From the human T2T-CHM13v2.0 reference genome, Homo sapiens: a stretch of 64,000 nt of DNA. Position numbers and translations under genes: made by a program. How positions within the stretch are numbered: the first letter of the stretch is position 1; every line of letters starts with the position of its first letter. Under the pieces are notes generated by a model, which worked only from the letters and a program-made list of their open reading frames with translations, was not told the DNA's origin and made no database searches. The stretch lies in the NCBI RefSeq assembly GCF_009914755.1, contig NC_060926.1, one strand, 5' to 3'. Shown here piece after piece: positions 1 through 15,013 of the stretch.

Positions 1-736
1 TCATGAGTAACAAGTGTCAGTTTCTTGCTTGTCACTTGTAATTTGCTGCTTTTGATTTGCTCTAAGCGGAAGATGAGAAACTCCAGCGTGTTCAATTGCT
101 GTTCAACAGGGAGGCCTGGGGCAATTGCTGTGTGTCTTGCTCTGCATCTCTAGGCCTTTAAAGAAACCCAGGCTGTTGACTCTCAGGCACCAGGCAGCAC
201 ATACGCTTTATCCGCTGCGGCTACTCCTCCAGGTTTCGGTATTCACCCAGGACCCCTCCCACCTGCCAGCACCAATCGGAGGTTGTTGTTCTTGTCTGCC
301 TGGTGTTTGAATCCTCTGGCTCCCAGCAACTAGTGTAGGCTGATTTTTTGATTTGATGCTGTGTGCATCCTCTTTTCTGGCTTACTCTCTTCCTCTCAAT
401 GTGCCCATTTCCTAATTTTTTTTTGCATTTGCAGCTCTGAAGAAGTGAGAGTTTTGCTGTCAGCCCCAGGCCCACAATTCTACTTCATGGACTAGATTAG
501 ACTCCAGGGACATGTGGGACAATCAGGAACTGTATTTAGTGGCTTGGCCACTCAGGGGCCAAGTTCTTTGCCTTCTTAACTGTAGCTGGATTCTGGAGAC
601 TTAAAGTTGTCTGAAGTTTGAAACATTATTGCGTGTAACTGTGGCTAGTTTTCAGAATGTATTAATAAATATATACATATTTGCTTGGACAATATAAGTA
701 TACTTGAAATTTTAAAGGTATGTGTGCCTGTGGGTT

Positions 737-739
<3 letters not shown>

Positions 740-784
<45 letters not shown>

Positions 785-826
785 TATGTATGTATGTGTA
801 TATATATATATACATATATATATATA
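740..826. repeat. Compound microsatellite: (GT)~18 followed by a (TA)/(TATG) mosaic
   Basis: Uninterrupted gtgtgt run at 740-775, then tatatatgtatgtatgtatgtgtatatata... to about 826. Confidence 0.97.
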
Positions 827-2210
827 ATTTTTGATGTTGTATTCTTGTGCTCAAACCACTGGACTAATGTGTCTAGTTAAACCATTGAAATAGAAGTTTC
901 ACTGGGAAGAATGGAAATGGACCCCAGGCCCACCACGGTGGAGGGGCACCGGGATGGAGTTCGTTATCTTTAAAGTAAACTTAAGCCCTATGACTGGGCC
1001 TGCGTCCTCAGCCCAGGTTGATGTGGCTGTGGGATCAATTAGAGGAGTCATGGAACCCTGCGTCTTTCTTTGGGAAAGCTTCCCAGGATCCCTGCTTCAC
1101 TTTGCCCAGGTCTTTTCCTGCACTTCCTGTTTTGGGCTGGGCTGCCTCTGCTGCTGGCCTTTCCTTGTGGCTTCTTCCTGGGTCTTGCCCAGGGTCTGGA
1201 CGGTGGTACTCAGGAGCCTCACTGAGCTCTGGTGTTCCGTGGCAAAGCCTGCCTGGAAAGCGGGTGGGAGCTGGCCAGGCCAGGGACCCGGGGGCCAGAG
1301 AAGAGGGAAGAAGGGCACTGTAGGGCCAATAAAAAGGGAGGCTGGGAACATTCAAACATAGGTTTTCTTTTCTTCACCATTTTTTTCCTGTGTGTAGGTA
1401 AAAATCATGCCAGTCAGCATAATTCCTTTGTCAGGTGGAATAAGGATAAATGGATTTAATTTCTATTTTTGGATGCTGTTCTGTCTTTGCATTCCTTTTG
1501 TCTGAAACCCTTGATCAGCTGGAAGGGTTTGGCAGTACCGCATTTCAGAGCAAAGCGATGAATAGAGAAATAATTCATAAATAATAGATTCTAGTCTGAG
1601 GGAAATAGATGGCTGGTTTTCAGTTCTAAGAAGAAAAGGAGGGCTGCAAACAAATATTAACAGTACTTGACGCAAACATGAGGAGTTGTTTCCATCCCAG
1701 GCTTTCTCTGTGATGTCAATAACAGATAAACGGCCCACAGAGCTGACCAGCCGAAGACCAATGTGCCTCTCCTGACTTGTTGCAAATGCACAAAAACCAT
1801 ATGCGAAGCCATTTAGTTTTTGCTTTTCCTTTGCCAGGAAGAAAAAGTGAAAGGGGGCAAGTCAAAGTCTCTTCAAAATCCGATTTGGCTTTTTCCAATG
1901 GGATCATCTATCTTCCTTGTATCTAGTTTTGCCAGTTAAACACTAATGATGCACATTCGCAGATATGATCTGTGAGTGCAATTTATTTCTGAATTCAAGC
2001 CTTGCTTCTTAAGAGTATTTGCTATAATGGATATACTGGAATAATATCATGGATTAAATAAAAGAGGCACTTTAGGGAAAACAAATCTGCCAGTGGAGAC
2101 TCCAGTGGAGAAACAATTTTTACTTGTCTCCTCACATCCAAATTCAAAAGGCATTTTCTAGGGAATTTCAGCTTCTGGGGATAAAAGTGTTGGGAAATTA
2201 ACTGACCAGT

Positions 2211-2340
2211 TAATAGTTGCTACTGTATATTAAATGTGCCTGACACTGCATTAGACCTGTTATATTCAGGATCACGTTGAATACTCATAGCAGCACTGCT
2301 AGCTGCCTATCACTACCCCGCTGTACACATAGAGAGTTTG
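2211..2340 (-). mobile_element. MIR SINE fragment
   Basis: Diverged match to the reverse complement of MIR (tgtgcctgacactgcattag...ttgaatactcatagcagc). Confidence 0.5.
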
Positions 2341-2371
2341 GTTCCTGAGCTTTCTGAGCTCACCTCTTCTT

Positions 2372-5061
<2,690 letters not shown>

Positions 5062-5569
5062 AGCTCACCTCTTCTTAAAAAGGCTTAGCTAAGAAATACC
5101 ACTGTCAATGATGGGTTTTCTTTTTTCCACATGATGGTTGGCGTCACCCCTCTTGCTCCAGTGACCATCACCTTCTGTTAGTGGTGTCTCCATGACAACT
5201 GACCAACTTCTTTTCCCCAGCCTAGGATTTCCCTCTTCTCTGTAAGTCCCTGGAAGGTAGCTCATATCAGACAGTCCAGACTACTGGGCAGGAGTGGGAC
5301 CTAGTTCACAAAGGTTGTTCAGGTTAACCTTCTAGAAAGACATAAACACGCCTTTGCAGAAAAGTGCTCAGAGCCTTCTTACAGCCTTCCCTGATGTAAT
5401 CCACTCATCAAGCACTTTGAATTCACTTGGCATCTCTGCATTATGTTTGTGTTATCCATTCAATTCCCATGGAATTACTCTTTGTTTTGGGGCAACGCTA
5501 TTCTTTTACTTCTTGTATGTTTTCTGAGTTGCTTCTCTATCTTTTGCGAATACAATGGTGATGGTGTTT

Positions 5570-5815
5570 CATTTTTTTTTTTTTTTTTTTGTTCACAGCA
5601 AAAGTGAAAGGAGAATACAGAGATTTTCCATATACTCTCTGCCCCTGCATATGCATAGCTACTGTAATTATCCACATCCCTCACCAAAAGTGATACATTT
5701 ATTAATTGATGGATCTGCAGTGACACATCATAGTCACCCAAAGTCCATAGATTACATGAGGGTTCACACTTGGTGTTGTATATTCTGTGGGCTCAGATAA
5801 ACGTACAATGACATA
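5570..5815 (-). mobile_element. Old L1 (L1MC-like) 3' end fragment
   Basis: Poly-T, then ttcacagcaaaagtgaaagg...catcatagtcacccaaagtccatag...agggttcacacttggtgttgtatattctgtggg, typical of an antisense L1MC 3'UTR. Confidence 0.8.
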
Positions 5816-6500
5816 TATTATATATATATATTTATTTATTTATAGTATATATAAATACTATATATAGTATATATAATATTATATATACTATATATAAATA
5901 TATGTAGTATAAATAATATATAATATAGATATATAATATAATATAATATGTTATAAATATAAATATATTTATATAATTCAATTTATAATATATAATATAT
6001 AATATATAATTTAATTTTATAATATATAATATATAATTTAATTTTATAATATATAATATATAATATGTAAATTATATATAATTTAATATATCTAAATTAT
6101 ATAATTAAATATAAATATAATATAAATATATCTAACATAATATACATAACATAAATATATATAGTATATATAGTACATATAAATATATATAGTACATATA
6201 GTATATATAAATATAGTATATATAAATATATAGTATATATAAATATAGTATATATAAATATATAGTATATATAAATATATATAGTATATATAAATATATA
6301 TAGTATATATAAATAATATATAGTATATATAAATAATATATATTATTAAATATAATAATAATTTATTATATATACTATATATTATTATGTATTATATTAT
6401 ATATATTATTTTATATTTAATATATATTATTTTATATATTATATTTAATATATATTTTATATATTGTATAATTTTATAGTTTATATATTATATATATTTA
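5812..6500. repeat. ~690-bp AT-rich (TA)n-derived low-complexity / minisatellite tract
   Basis: Almost only A and T. Recurring unit tatagtatatataaa(ta) at about 6197-6335. Confidence 0.97.
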
Positions 6501-7914
6501 TCTGTAATATGGGATAGTAATGGCCAACCCACAGGGCTGTGGTGAGGAATGTTCCTGGCAGAGTGCCGGGCTCATGGCGGGTGCTCGATGAGTTAATTCT
6601 TTCTTTCTGTAAATATAAAATACCTCACTGATCTCTGAACTAAAGCAGTCTCACTTCCTTCCAATATTTCAAATGGGGTGGGGCAGGGAGTTAGTTCCTT
6701 GAGTAGTTCAATTAATACTAGTTTCTACTGTGTGTTAGGCATTTTGCTAGGAGCTCTGTTCAAGAATTAAAATTCTGGACCAAGTTTAATTCTTGTATTT
6801 ACTCTTCAGGGCAGTTGCGCACTTTTACAAATGAAGAAAACAAATCCGGGGAGGTTGAATGTCTTGCTTCATATCATGTGGATGGAAAGATTCAAATCCA
6901 GGATCTTGTTGAGCTTGTTCTTTGCATTTTGCCAAATTTCCTACTAAATATCAAGCATTTTGATGGGCACTAGGGAATAGTAGAGTTGAAAATAGCATGG
7001 TACCTTTCCCCATAAAGCTTATGGATTAATGGGAGGAAGAGGACAGATATTTACAGGGCTTTTAGAAAACCATGTGGAAGTTCAGAGACAGGTGTGCCCA
7101 GTATGCCATGGGAGACAAGTAAAGAGGTGCTATTGAAGGGTGGGTGGACCATCTGTGGGCCTTTGGTTTCCTTGGAGTCCATTGTCTGTGGTCTGGAGTT
7201 AGATTCTAATCATCAGGCAGGACATCAGGGCTAGCTCCATAGAAATGATTTACTGGCCACATTTACAAAGACTCCCTCTCTGTGTACTCTTGGTCTGTAG
7301 GTAAAGCCACTGGAAGTCACTTTGAAAGACTTGTGCCTCATTGAAAAAGACACATCTCTGCATGGTTTTCATTCATTTGCTTCATCTCCCAGACAAGCTT
7401 TCTTTTTAAAGGTGAGAAGAGCCCATTTCCCTGCCACCTGTCAGTGTTTAGCTTGCCACTGTGGCTTATTACCGCTGCCATCTGCTGCCAAGGAGAGATA
7501 TGCATGATCTGGGTAGGTACTCATAAAAGTCATTAGAGGAATGGAGGCGGAGCTGAGGATCCAAGTGGAAACATTTACTATCAGCACAATAACAGTCCTT
7601 GCTCTCCTGCCTCCTTCCCTGATACCCAGCAGGGTCACCACTCCCTGGCCCCAGCTGGCCACCGCCATTGACACATATTCTCCATACCCTTCTTCATGCC
7701 ACCCCATACTTGGCATGGACTCTGTTTCATTTCATCACTCAAAGTCATTGCAGAGCAGGTACAGGGACTATTTAGAAACTATGAAGCAGTTTGACAATAT
7801 GTTAACTTTTATCTCGTGTATTGACTAGTGGAGGCAATTTGATGTTTAAGGAGACATCACATCCTCTGAATTTTCTGCTGTTAAAAATGAATGGCTTCAG
7901 TATAATTCAGTTGA

Positions 7915-10070
7915 GTTAATTCATTCCTACAGATCTTTCCTGGACATCATCAAGGGCTACAGAGATGAATAAGATGAGGCTCCTGTCTTAAGGAGCTCAC
8001 AGTGGTTGTGTTGCATATGCTTGCAAGTGTGTGCATGTATGATGTAATCAACAATTACAAGTGAGATAGGATGTGTCCTATGAGGGGAAGAAGTTTAGAT
8101 GCTGTAGTGTCCTCAAGGAGGGACATAAATGTCCTCATATAAGTTTGGGGTCAAAGAGTAAAGAGGGGTGGGTGAGACATGTGATCAGATATGCATTTAG
8201 GAAAAATAATCACTCTGGCTGCAGTGTGGAGGGCTAACTAGAGCAGCCCCAGAGTAGAAGGTTTCTGAAATAGTCCAGGTATGAGATGGTTTAGGATGTT
8301 GGTAGAGATAGAGAAAAGTAGATGGTTCAAGAGATACTAGGAGAGTAAAACCAGTAGGTTTAGTGATTCATTTGATATGGCAAGTGAGGAAAAGGTGGTG
8401 TCCGGATGACACTAACACTTCTGGCTTAAACAATAGGTTTGTCAGTAGTGCTATTGAATGAGATATAATTCCTGGAAGAGAGCAGAATGAGAAGCTGGTG
8501 GAGAAGAACAAAAGTTTAGTTGTAGAGCTTTTGTGTGTGAGATGTTTTAGCAACAACCAAGGGGAGACGCTAATTAAGCAGTTTTACTTGAAGACCTAGA
8601 ACAGAGAAAAGAGGTCTGGGCTGGTTTTATAAATGTGTGAGTCTTTTTTTGTTTTGGTGGTAACTGCAACCGTGGGATGGAAGACAGTGTTGACTGAGAC
8701 AAGAAGAAATGCCTGGGATGAGGTTTTGAGGGCTTCCACTATGTTTGGGCTGAGAAGAAAGATAAACTTGCAAAGGAAGTGGAAGTATGGCCAGAGAAGA
8801 AAAAATAGAACAAGAAGGGTGTTAGGTTATGAAAGTTTAAGGAAAAGTCTTTCAGAAGAGAGGAAAAGACAACAGTGTCAAATGCGATTGAAAGGCCCAC
8901 TAAGATGAGGCCTGGAAAATGTCCACCGTGGCTGCATGGACATCATTGGAAATATTAGCAAGGGTTATTTAGGTAGAATAATGGGCATCAGATACAGATC
9001 AGAGTGGACCGTGGAGTGCATGGGGTATGAAGGCACGAGTGAAGACAACTCTTCCTTAAGGGTTGACTGTAAAGGGGACAAGGGAGACGGGGGAGTAGCT
9101 GAAACTGGACTCTGGCGACTCAGATGCTTAAAAGCAGAGAAAGATCAATCAGAGAGAGGTTGTGAGTATTGTAAGGAAAAGGGAAAATGATAATAAGAGA
9201 TTCCATAGGTGGTAGGCGGCAGTGGGATCCAAAGATCATTTGGATGGATAGTTGTGTCAGCTCTTCTGCCGTAGGAGAGAGAGAGAGAAAGGGGGGTTTC
9301 CTTCACATCTGTGTGTTTGATTGTGGGATTTTCCTGTCTAATAGCATCTGTTTTCTCTGTAAAGCAGGAGGCAAGATCCCCTGATGAGACAGAAGAGTGT
9401 GGGTGGGTAGCAGGGGTGGAAGTTTGAGAAGAATAAAGTTTGAAAAAATTACTATGAAGTAAGGCAAGAGATGATGTAGTAGGTTTGCTTGGCAGAGTGC
9501 AGGCTCACTTGAGGTTAAGGATCAATAATGTGCAGTGGTCTTAAGCTGCCATGGTTGGCTTTTCCTGCTTAGACAGAGGCTAGGAGGTGGCACTCAGTTG
9601 GATTTTCCTGGGCTTGGGTTTTATCTGGATAGTACGAATAAAAAGCAGCAGATGGTTCAGGGAGCCTAAGGTATGGGCAAAAATATTGTTAAAATCATGG
9701 ACCATGGAGTCCAAGTTGAGTTAGTAAATGAAGAAAGAAGAAGGCTGATGACTAGAGAGAAACTATAGTTCAAGAACTGTCAGAGTGAGAGGAGTTGGGT
9801 GAGCAAGGTGGAGGGTAAGAGATTGTGGCTGACAGTGTTTGCATTAGTGATTCTAGAAGTATAACATTTACTGAAGCATGAGGGGGAGGGGAAGAGAGGA
9901 CCATTGGAAATAAGTAGGTCAAGAAACAGAATTAAGAGGCCATCTGTGGGGTCATCCATTTGGCTGACATCACCCAGGATGATGGCAAAGCCTGAGGAAG
10001 AAAAAGCACATAAATGCAAACCTTCAATGAGTGAAAGGGAGGGGCTGGGAGATTGGTAGATTAGAGCAAC
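7915..10070 (-). mobile_element. L2 LINE relic, ~2.1 kb
   Basis: Antisense L2 3' end near 7915 (agagatgaataagatgaggctcctgtcttaaggagctcacag) and a purine-rich body. Minus ORF 9780-10217 contains IILGDVSQMDDPTDGLLILFLDLLISN, resembling the L2 endonuclease motif IILGDFN. Confidence 0.8.
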
Positions 10071-10304
10071 TGCAAGCGGAAGGAGGATGCGTGCTGTGTA
10101 TTCAACCAAGAAAAAGTAACAAATAACTGTCAACTTCCCTTCAGAAGGTGTTAGTAAATCGTTAGAGCTATTCTTAAAGCATTTATTCACATACTTTAAT
10201 TTTTGTAAAGGACACATTTGGAATTGCAGCTGAGTTCACATTGGTGGTGCCTCCTCACACCTGGTGGTGGACCCCAAGCTGTCATTTTGAAAAATGTCAT
10301 GTAC

Positions 10305-10690
10305 TTCTATGCACAGGATTTTTTCCACCCCTCCAAAAAAATTTCTCATATTGAAGCCCTAACGTCCAATGTGATGGTATTTGGAGATGGGGCCTTTGGG
10401 AGGTATTTAGGTTTAGATGAGATCATGAGGATGGGGCCTCATGATGGAATTATAAGAAGAGACCCCAGAAAGCTTGTTTCCTCTCTCTATCTCCACCTGT
10501 ATGCACCCAGGAAAGGCCATGTGAGGGTACAACATGAAGGTGGCCATCTGCAACTCAAGAGAGCCCTCACCAGACACTGACCCTGCTGGCGCCTTGATCA
10601 TGGATTTCTAGTATCCAGAATTGTGAGAAATAAATTCCTGCTGTTTAAGTCTATGGTATTTTGTTATGGTAGTCTGAGCTGACTAAGACA
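10305..10690 (+). mobile_element. MLT1A-family MaLR solo LTR
   Basis: attgaagccctaacgtccaatgtgatggtatttggagatggggcctttgggagg ... ends ctgagctgactaagaca. Confidence 0.9.
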
Positions 10691-11163
10691 GCTCTACCCT
10701 CTGCTTCAACCAATCTCTGAATAAATGGCGGTCATCTGTGATGAGCTGGGTCAAAGCTCAGATCTTTCTGGGAGTTTGGGGTGGACCAAGAGGGCATCTC
10801 TCCAGGTGGCTTGAGCCCTGAGAAGTAGACTTTGAGGCTGCAGGTAACCATTTGATGGGCAGCAAGAAAGCCAGTTTTCTGACAAAGAAGAGAGAGGTCG
10901 ATGCCCTGAGAGAAAGAGCTGGGGGACAGGCAGCTGATACTCCCTGGGATCCAGATAAAAAGACTTGTGGCTGGTGATTGTTCTTCCTGGGACCAGTTAG
11001 TTCCTTGCTTTTGATTTCCACAGTTTAAATCTTAACTATTTGTTATTGCAAAATTCTATGTCTTATTTTTCCTTATAAAGCTAGCTTGAGTTCATGTCTA
11101 TAATTTGCAAACAATAAAAAATTCTCCAGTAAGCCCTTTGCTGTGATGTTTCCCCTTTTTACT

Positions 11164-11493
11164 GTAGTCCTCCCTTGATATCCATGGGGAGGGGGTTGGT
11201 TCCAGGACCCCCTAAAGATACCAGAAATCTGTGGGTGCTTGAGTCCCGTGTGTAAAATGGTATAGGCATTTGCTTATAACCTACACACATCCTCCTATAT
11301 GCTTTAAATTATCTCTAGATTACTTATGATACCTAATACCATGTAAATACTGAATAGCTGTTATACTGCATTGTTTTTATTTGTGGTTTTTATTGTATTG
11401 TTATTTTTCACTGTTTTTTTTTTCCTGATTATTTTCAATCTGCAGTTGGTTGAACCTGGGGATGCACAACCTGTGGATATGGAGGGATGATTG
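11164..11493. mobile_element. MER2 (TcMar-Tigger) non-autonomous DNA transposon
   Basis: agtcctcccttgatatccatgggga...ttggttccaggaccc at one end and gtggatatggagggatgattg at the other form terminal inverted repeats. The internal sequence is MER2-like. Confidence 0.88.
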
Positions 11494-13164
11494 TATTTAC
11501 CTTTTGGTGCTGCACAATCTTTTATAAAGTGCCTCAGAATCCATTGTGGACCAGGTGAATTATAAATATATGAAACAAATTTGGGTATTTTCTTCTGAAG
11601 CTGAGTAGAAGCTGCTGAGGTAGGCCTTGAAGTGTCTTGGGTGCCACAGACAATAGGAAAAGTCCATGCTCTAGAGATGGTGGTGGCTGACCTGTGGTTC
11701 CCGCAGTTGTAGAAGTCTGTCTTCTGTCACAAAGGAAAATTATGTTGGCCTGACACAACTTATTTTTAAAGCATTATTAACTTTTTCCTAGTTTGCGCTC
11801 TCTTTGCCAGGAATTGCAGATTGGTGAGTTATTTGTGCTTTTCCTCGGAACACACCACGAATAGTCTCAATTATGGCTCCAAACAATTGTGATTGCTATT
11901 ATTGCGATTTATAGAAGTGCTTAGATTTCTAAATATCCTTTTATGACTCTCTATTTCTATGGTAACCTAGACAGGCTCTTCAGTACACATGGGCACCTCT
12001 TTGGGAAAACGTGATAGAAGAAAATCTGAATTTACGGAAGAGATAAATAAGAGGTTGACTATTCACATGGTTTTATAGAGGATTCACAGAGAGCGGGTTC
12101 CCCTAGTGCATTCGGTGCATTCCCTCTTCTCTTTACAGATCATGAACAATGTCTTACACATAATAGGCTCTGAATGAAAATTTTGTTGATTGATTGATGA
12201 GCCACTTGGGAAGGAGAGAAATGTGAAGCTAGGGTCATAGTTTGCTGCTGCCAGTTGGAGATAAATCAGAAAGGAAGAGAAAGCATCTCTGAGCAAATAG
12301 CCACGTCCGTGGGGAAATGGGACTCTATTTTAAAAAATATGATTCACATACAGTTTTTAGGAAGCTACTTGCTGCATAATCCAAGATACACATGAATTTT
12401 TCACTTCAATGTCCTCAAAGACCTAAGAGAGCCTTGCCCTGGGTCACAGCATTGAGCAGTCAAAGAAGGAAGTGGGCATGCATTCTGCTGCTATGCTGGG
12501 ACCCAGCATTTTTACAAAGAGGAGCTACTCTTTATTTCCTCAGGCTGAGATCACTATGGGGAGGGGTTGCATTTTGCAATCCCCAGACCTTGAACAGCAT
12601 AGAGGCAGAGGCTATGCGGACTCTCTTTCCTGCTGGGTGCCTGTGTTTGTAAGGATTCCTGGTTGCGAAGAGTAGATATCCACTGGAGCTGGTTTCAACA
12701 AGAAAGGGGGGGTTTATCATAAGGAAGCAGAGTTAATGTCCTGGACTCTAAGGGCAGAAATGGAAGTGGCGTCTCAGACAGGGTTGACCCAGGAGGTGAA
12801 AAGTTGTCAGAAACACAGGCAGCTCCTGTCTGCACATGTGTTCTGTCCTTTTATTTTTTTCATCCAGTTCTGGGTTTACCTGTCTCTGCATGCACATGGG
12901 AGCACACCCCGGATAAGGAGGCCACTGACACCATGTAGACACCGCAGACAGGGTCAACTCCAGCCTTCATGGCAAGCCTGTGATGGTGTGCCTGTGGCAA
13001 CGAAGTAGCTCTGAGAAATGTAGTGGAGTCGAGAGCTACCAGCAGATAATTTGGATTCAACATGAGCTCACCAAGTACCCCTTGCACGCCTTTCCCTGAG
13101 ATAGGTGCTGGGAGACAAAGTAAGTCTGAAGCAGCCTCACCCTGTCAGCTTGTTGTTTGGCTGG

Positions 13165-13536
13165 TGATATGGCTTCACTGTGTCCCCATCGAAATCTCAT
13201 CTTGAGTTATAGTTCCCATAATCCCAATGTGCAGTGGGAGGGACCTGGTGGGAGGTAATTGAATCATGGGGTGGTTACCCTCATGCGGTTCTCATGGAAG
13301 TGAGTGAGTTCTCATGAGACCTGATGGTTTTATAAGGACCTTCCCCGCTTTTGCTTGGCACTTCTCCTTGCTGCTGCCATGTGAAGAAAGATGTGTTTGC
13401 TTCTCCTTCCACCATAATTGTAAGTTTCCTGAAGCCTCCCAAGCTCTGCAGAACTGTGTCAATTAAACCTCTTTCCTTCATAAATTACCCAGTCTTGGGC
13501 AGTTCTTGATTAGCAGCATAAGAACAGACTAATACA
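13165..13536 (+). mobile_element. THE1 (THE1C/D-like) MaLR solo LTR
   Basis: Starts TGATATGG and ends GACTAATACA. 5-bp TSD gctgg (13160-13164) / actgg (13537-13541). Confidence 0.93.
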
Positions 13537-13644
13537 ACTGGGGAAGTGGACATGTAGAGAGATATGTAATGGAAATGACCAGGCTGGAGACAATCACAAA
13601 TATTTTGGAGGGGTTCAAAGGAGGGGTGTGTGGCATTTCTGTGT

Positions 13645-14450
13645 GCATTTATTCATTCAATAAACCTTCCTTCATTTGTTCTTGAGGGTTTCTGTGGCCA
13701 GGAACTGCTCCAGGGCCTGGCAGTGCAGCAGTGGAGCTGGCAGACAGGGCCTCTGCCCTTGGGGAGTTTTCTTTCTGAAGGAGGAGGTGAACAACTGGCA
13801 AGTGAGCAAAAACATAAATAAGATAACTTTAGAGAATAATAGGACTGGGAAGGTGAAAATGGGGTGCTGGGATAGAGCCCTCAGCAGCCCAAGAGCACCT
13901 CCATGATGAGGCATCATGCCATGCTGAAGAGCGGGGAAAAGCACTAGAGGCAGAGAGAACAGCAGGTGCACAGGGCATGAAGGAAAATGAGCTTGACATG
14001 TGTGGGAAATACCAAGGGGCTGGGGCAGGGAGGAGAGGGCATGAAGGTCAAAAAGGAGAATAGAGGCAAGGTCACCATGGGTCTTGTAGGACCTTGTAGG
14101 CTGTGATCAGGACTTTTTAAGTACAATTGGAAGATTTCGAAGATTTTTGTCAAGGTTGGCCTTGTTAGTGTTGGGAAAAGACCATTCTGCCGGCTTGTGG
14201 AGGATGAGTAGTGGGGAGCAAGGGAGGAGTGGGAGGCAGTGTGGAGAGGGGAGGCACTGCAGGGGCTGGAGTTGGTGGTGCTGGGATTGGAGACATGTGC
14301 TCAGGTTGAGGGTGTATTTTGGAAGAACCATTAGGACTTGCAAAAGAGTTGGATGTAGAGAGTGAAGAAAAAGGGGGACACAAGGATTTAATTCATGGGC
14401 TTTTAATACAGCAACTAGGGAAATTGTGGTGCCCTGTACCATGGAATGGA
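13645..14450 (-). mobile_element. L2 fragment (3' end); the homology appears to resume at about 15025-15430
   Basis: attcattcaataaa start, then L2-like ggaaaagaccattctgccggcttgtggaggatg and gtattttggaagaaccattaggacttgc. Confidence 0.75.
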
Positions 14451-14513
14451 AAATCAAAAGTTCTACCTGATCCTATTCAAAGTGAATGTTCTCTTGGATG
14501 TCAGAGAACATTC

Positions 14514-14797
14514 TGGGTAGACAGAGAAGGAAGGGGCCTGGTGCCCTAGATCAGTGCTGTCCAGTGAAAATACAATGTGAGCCCACATATGCATTTTTTA
14601 CATTCACTAGAAGCCACATTAAAAAGGTAAAAATGAAAATGTAAATTTTCATTTTTGGGTAGACAGAGAAGGAAGGGGCCTGGTGCCCTGGATCAGTGCT
14701 GTCCAATGAAAATACAATGTGAGCCCACATATGCATTTTTTACATTCACTAGAAGCCACATTAAAAAGGTAAAAATGAAAATGTAAAAGTCATTTTG
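14514..14797. repeat. 142-bp tandem duplication, 2 near-identical copies
   Basis: tgggtagacagagaaggaagggg...aaaatgtaaa starts at 14514 and again at 14656. Confidence 0.97.
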
Positions 14798-15013
14798 ATA
14801 TATATTTCATTTAATGCTGTATTTCCCAAATATTAAAATTTCAACATGTAATCAATATAAAATGATTAGTGAGATATTTTACATCTTTTGGATACTAATT
14901 CTTCAAAACCTGGAGCACATTTTCCACTTTCAACATATCTCAAACTAGCCTGGCCACATTTCAAGTGCTCAGTAGACACGTGTGGCTGGGGGCTACCATG
15001 ATGAATAGTGGAG
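14552..15013. mobile_element. MER33 (hAT-Charlie) DNA transposon with its first ~100 bp duplicated
   Basis: cagtgctgtcca terminus at 14552 and 14694, and ...cacatttcaagtgctcagtagacacgtgtggctgggggctacc near the end. 8-bp hAT-type TSD ccctagat (14544-14551) / ctctagag (15014-15021). Confidence 0.88.
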
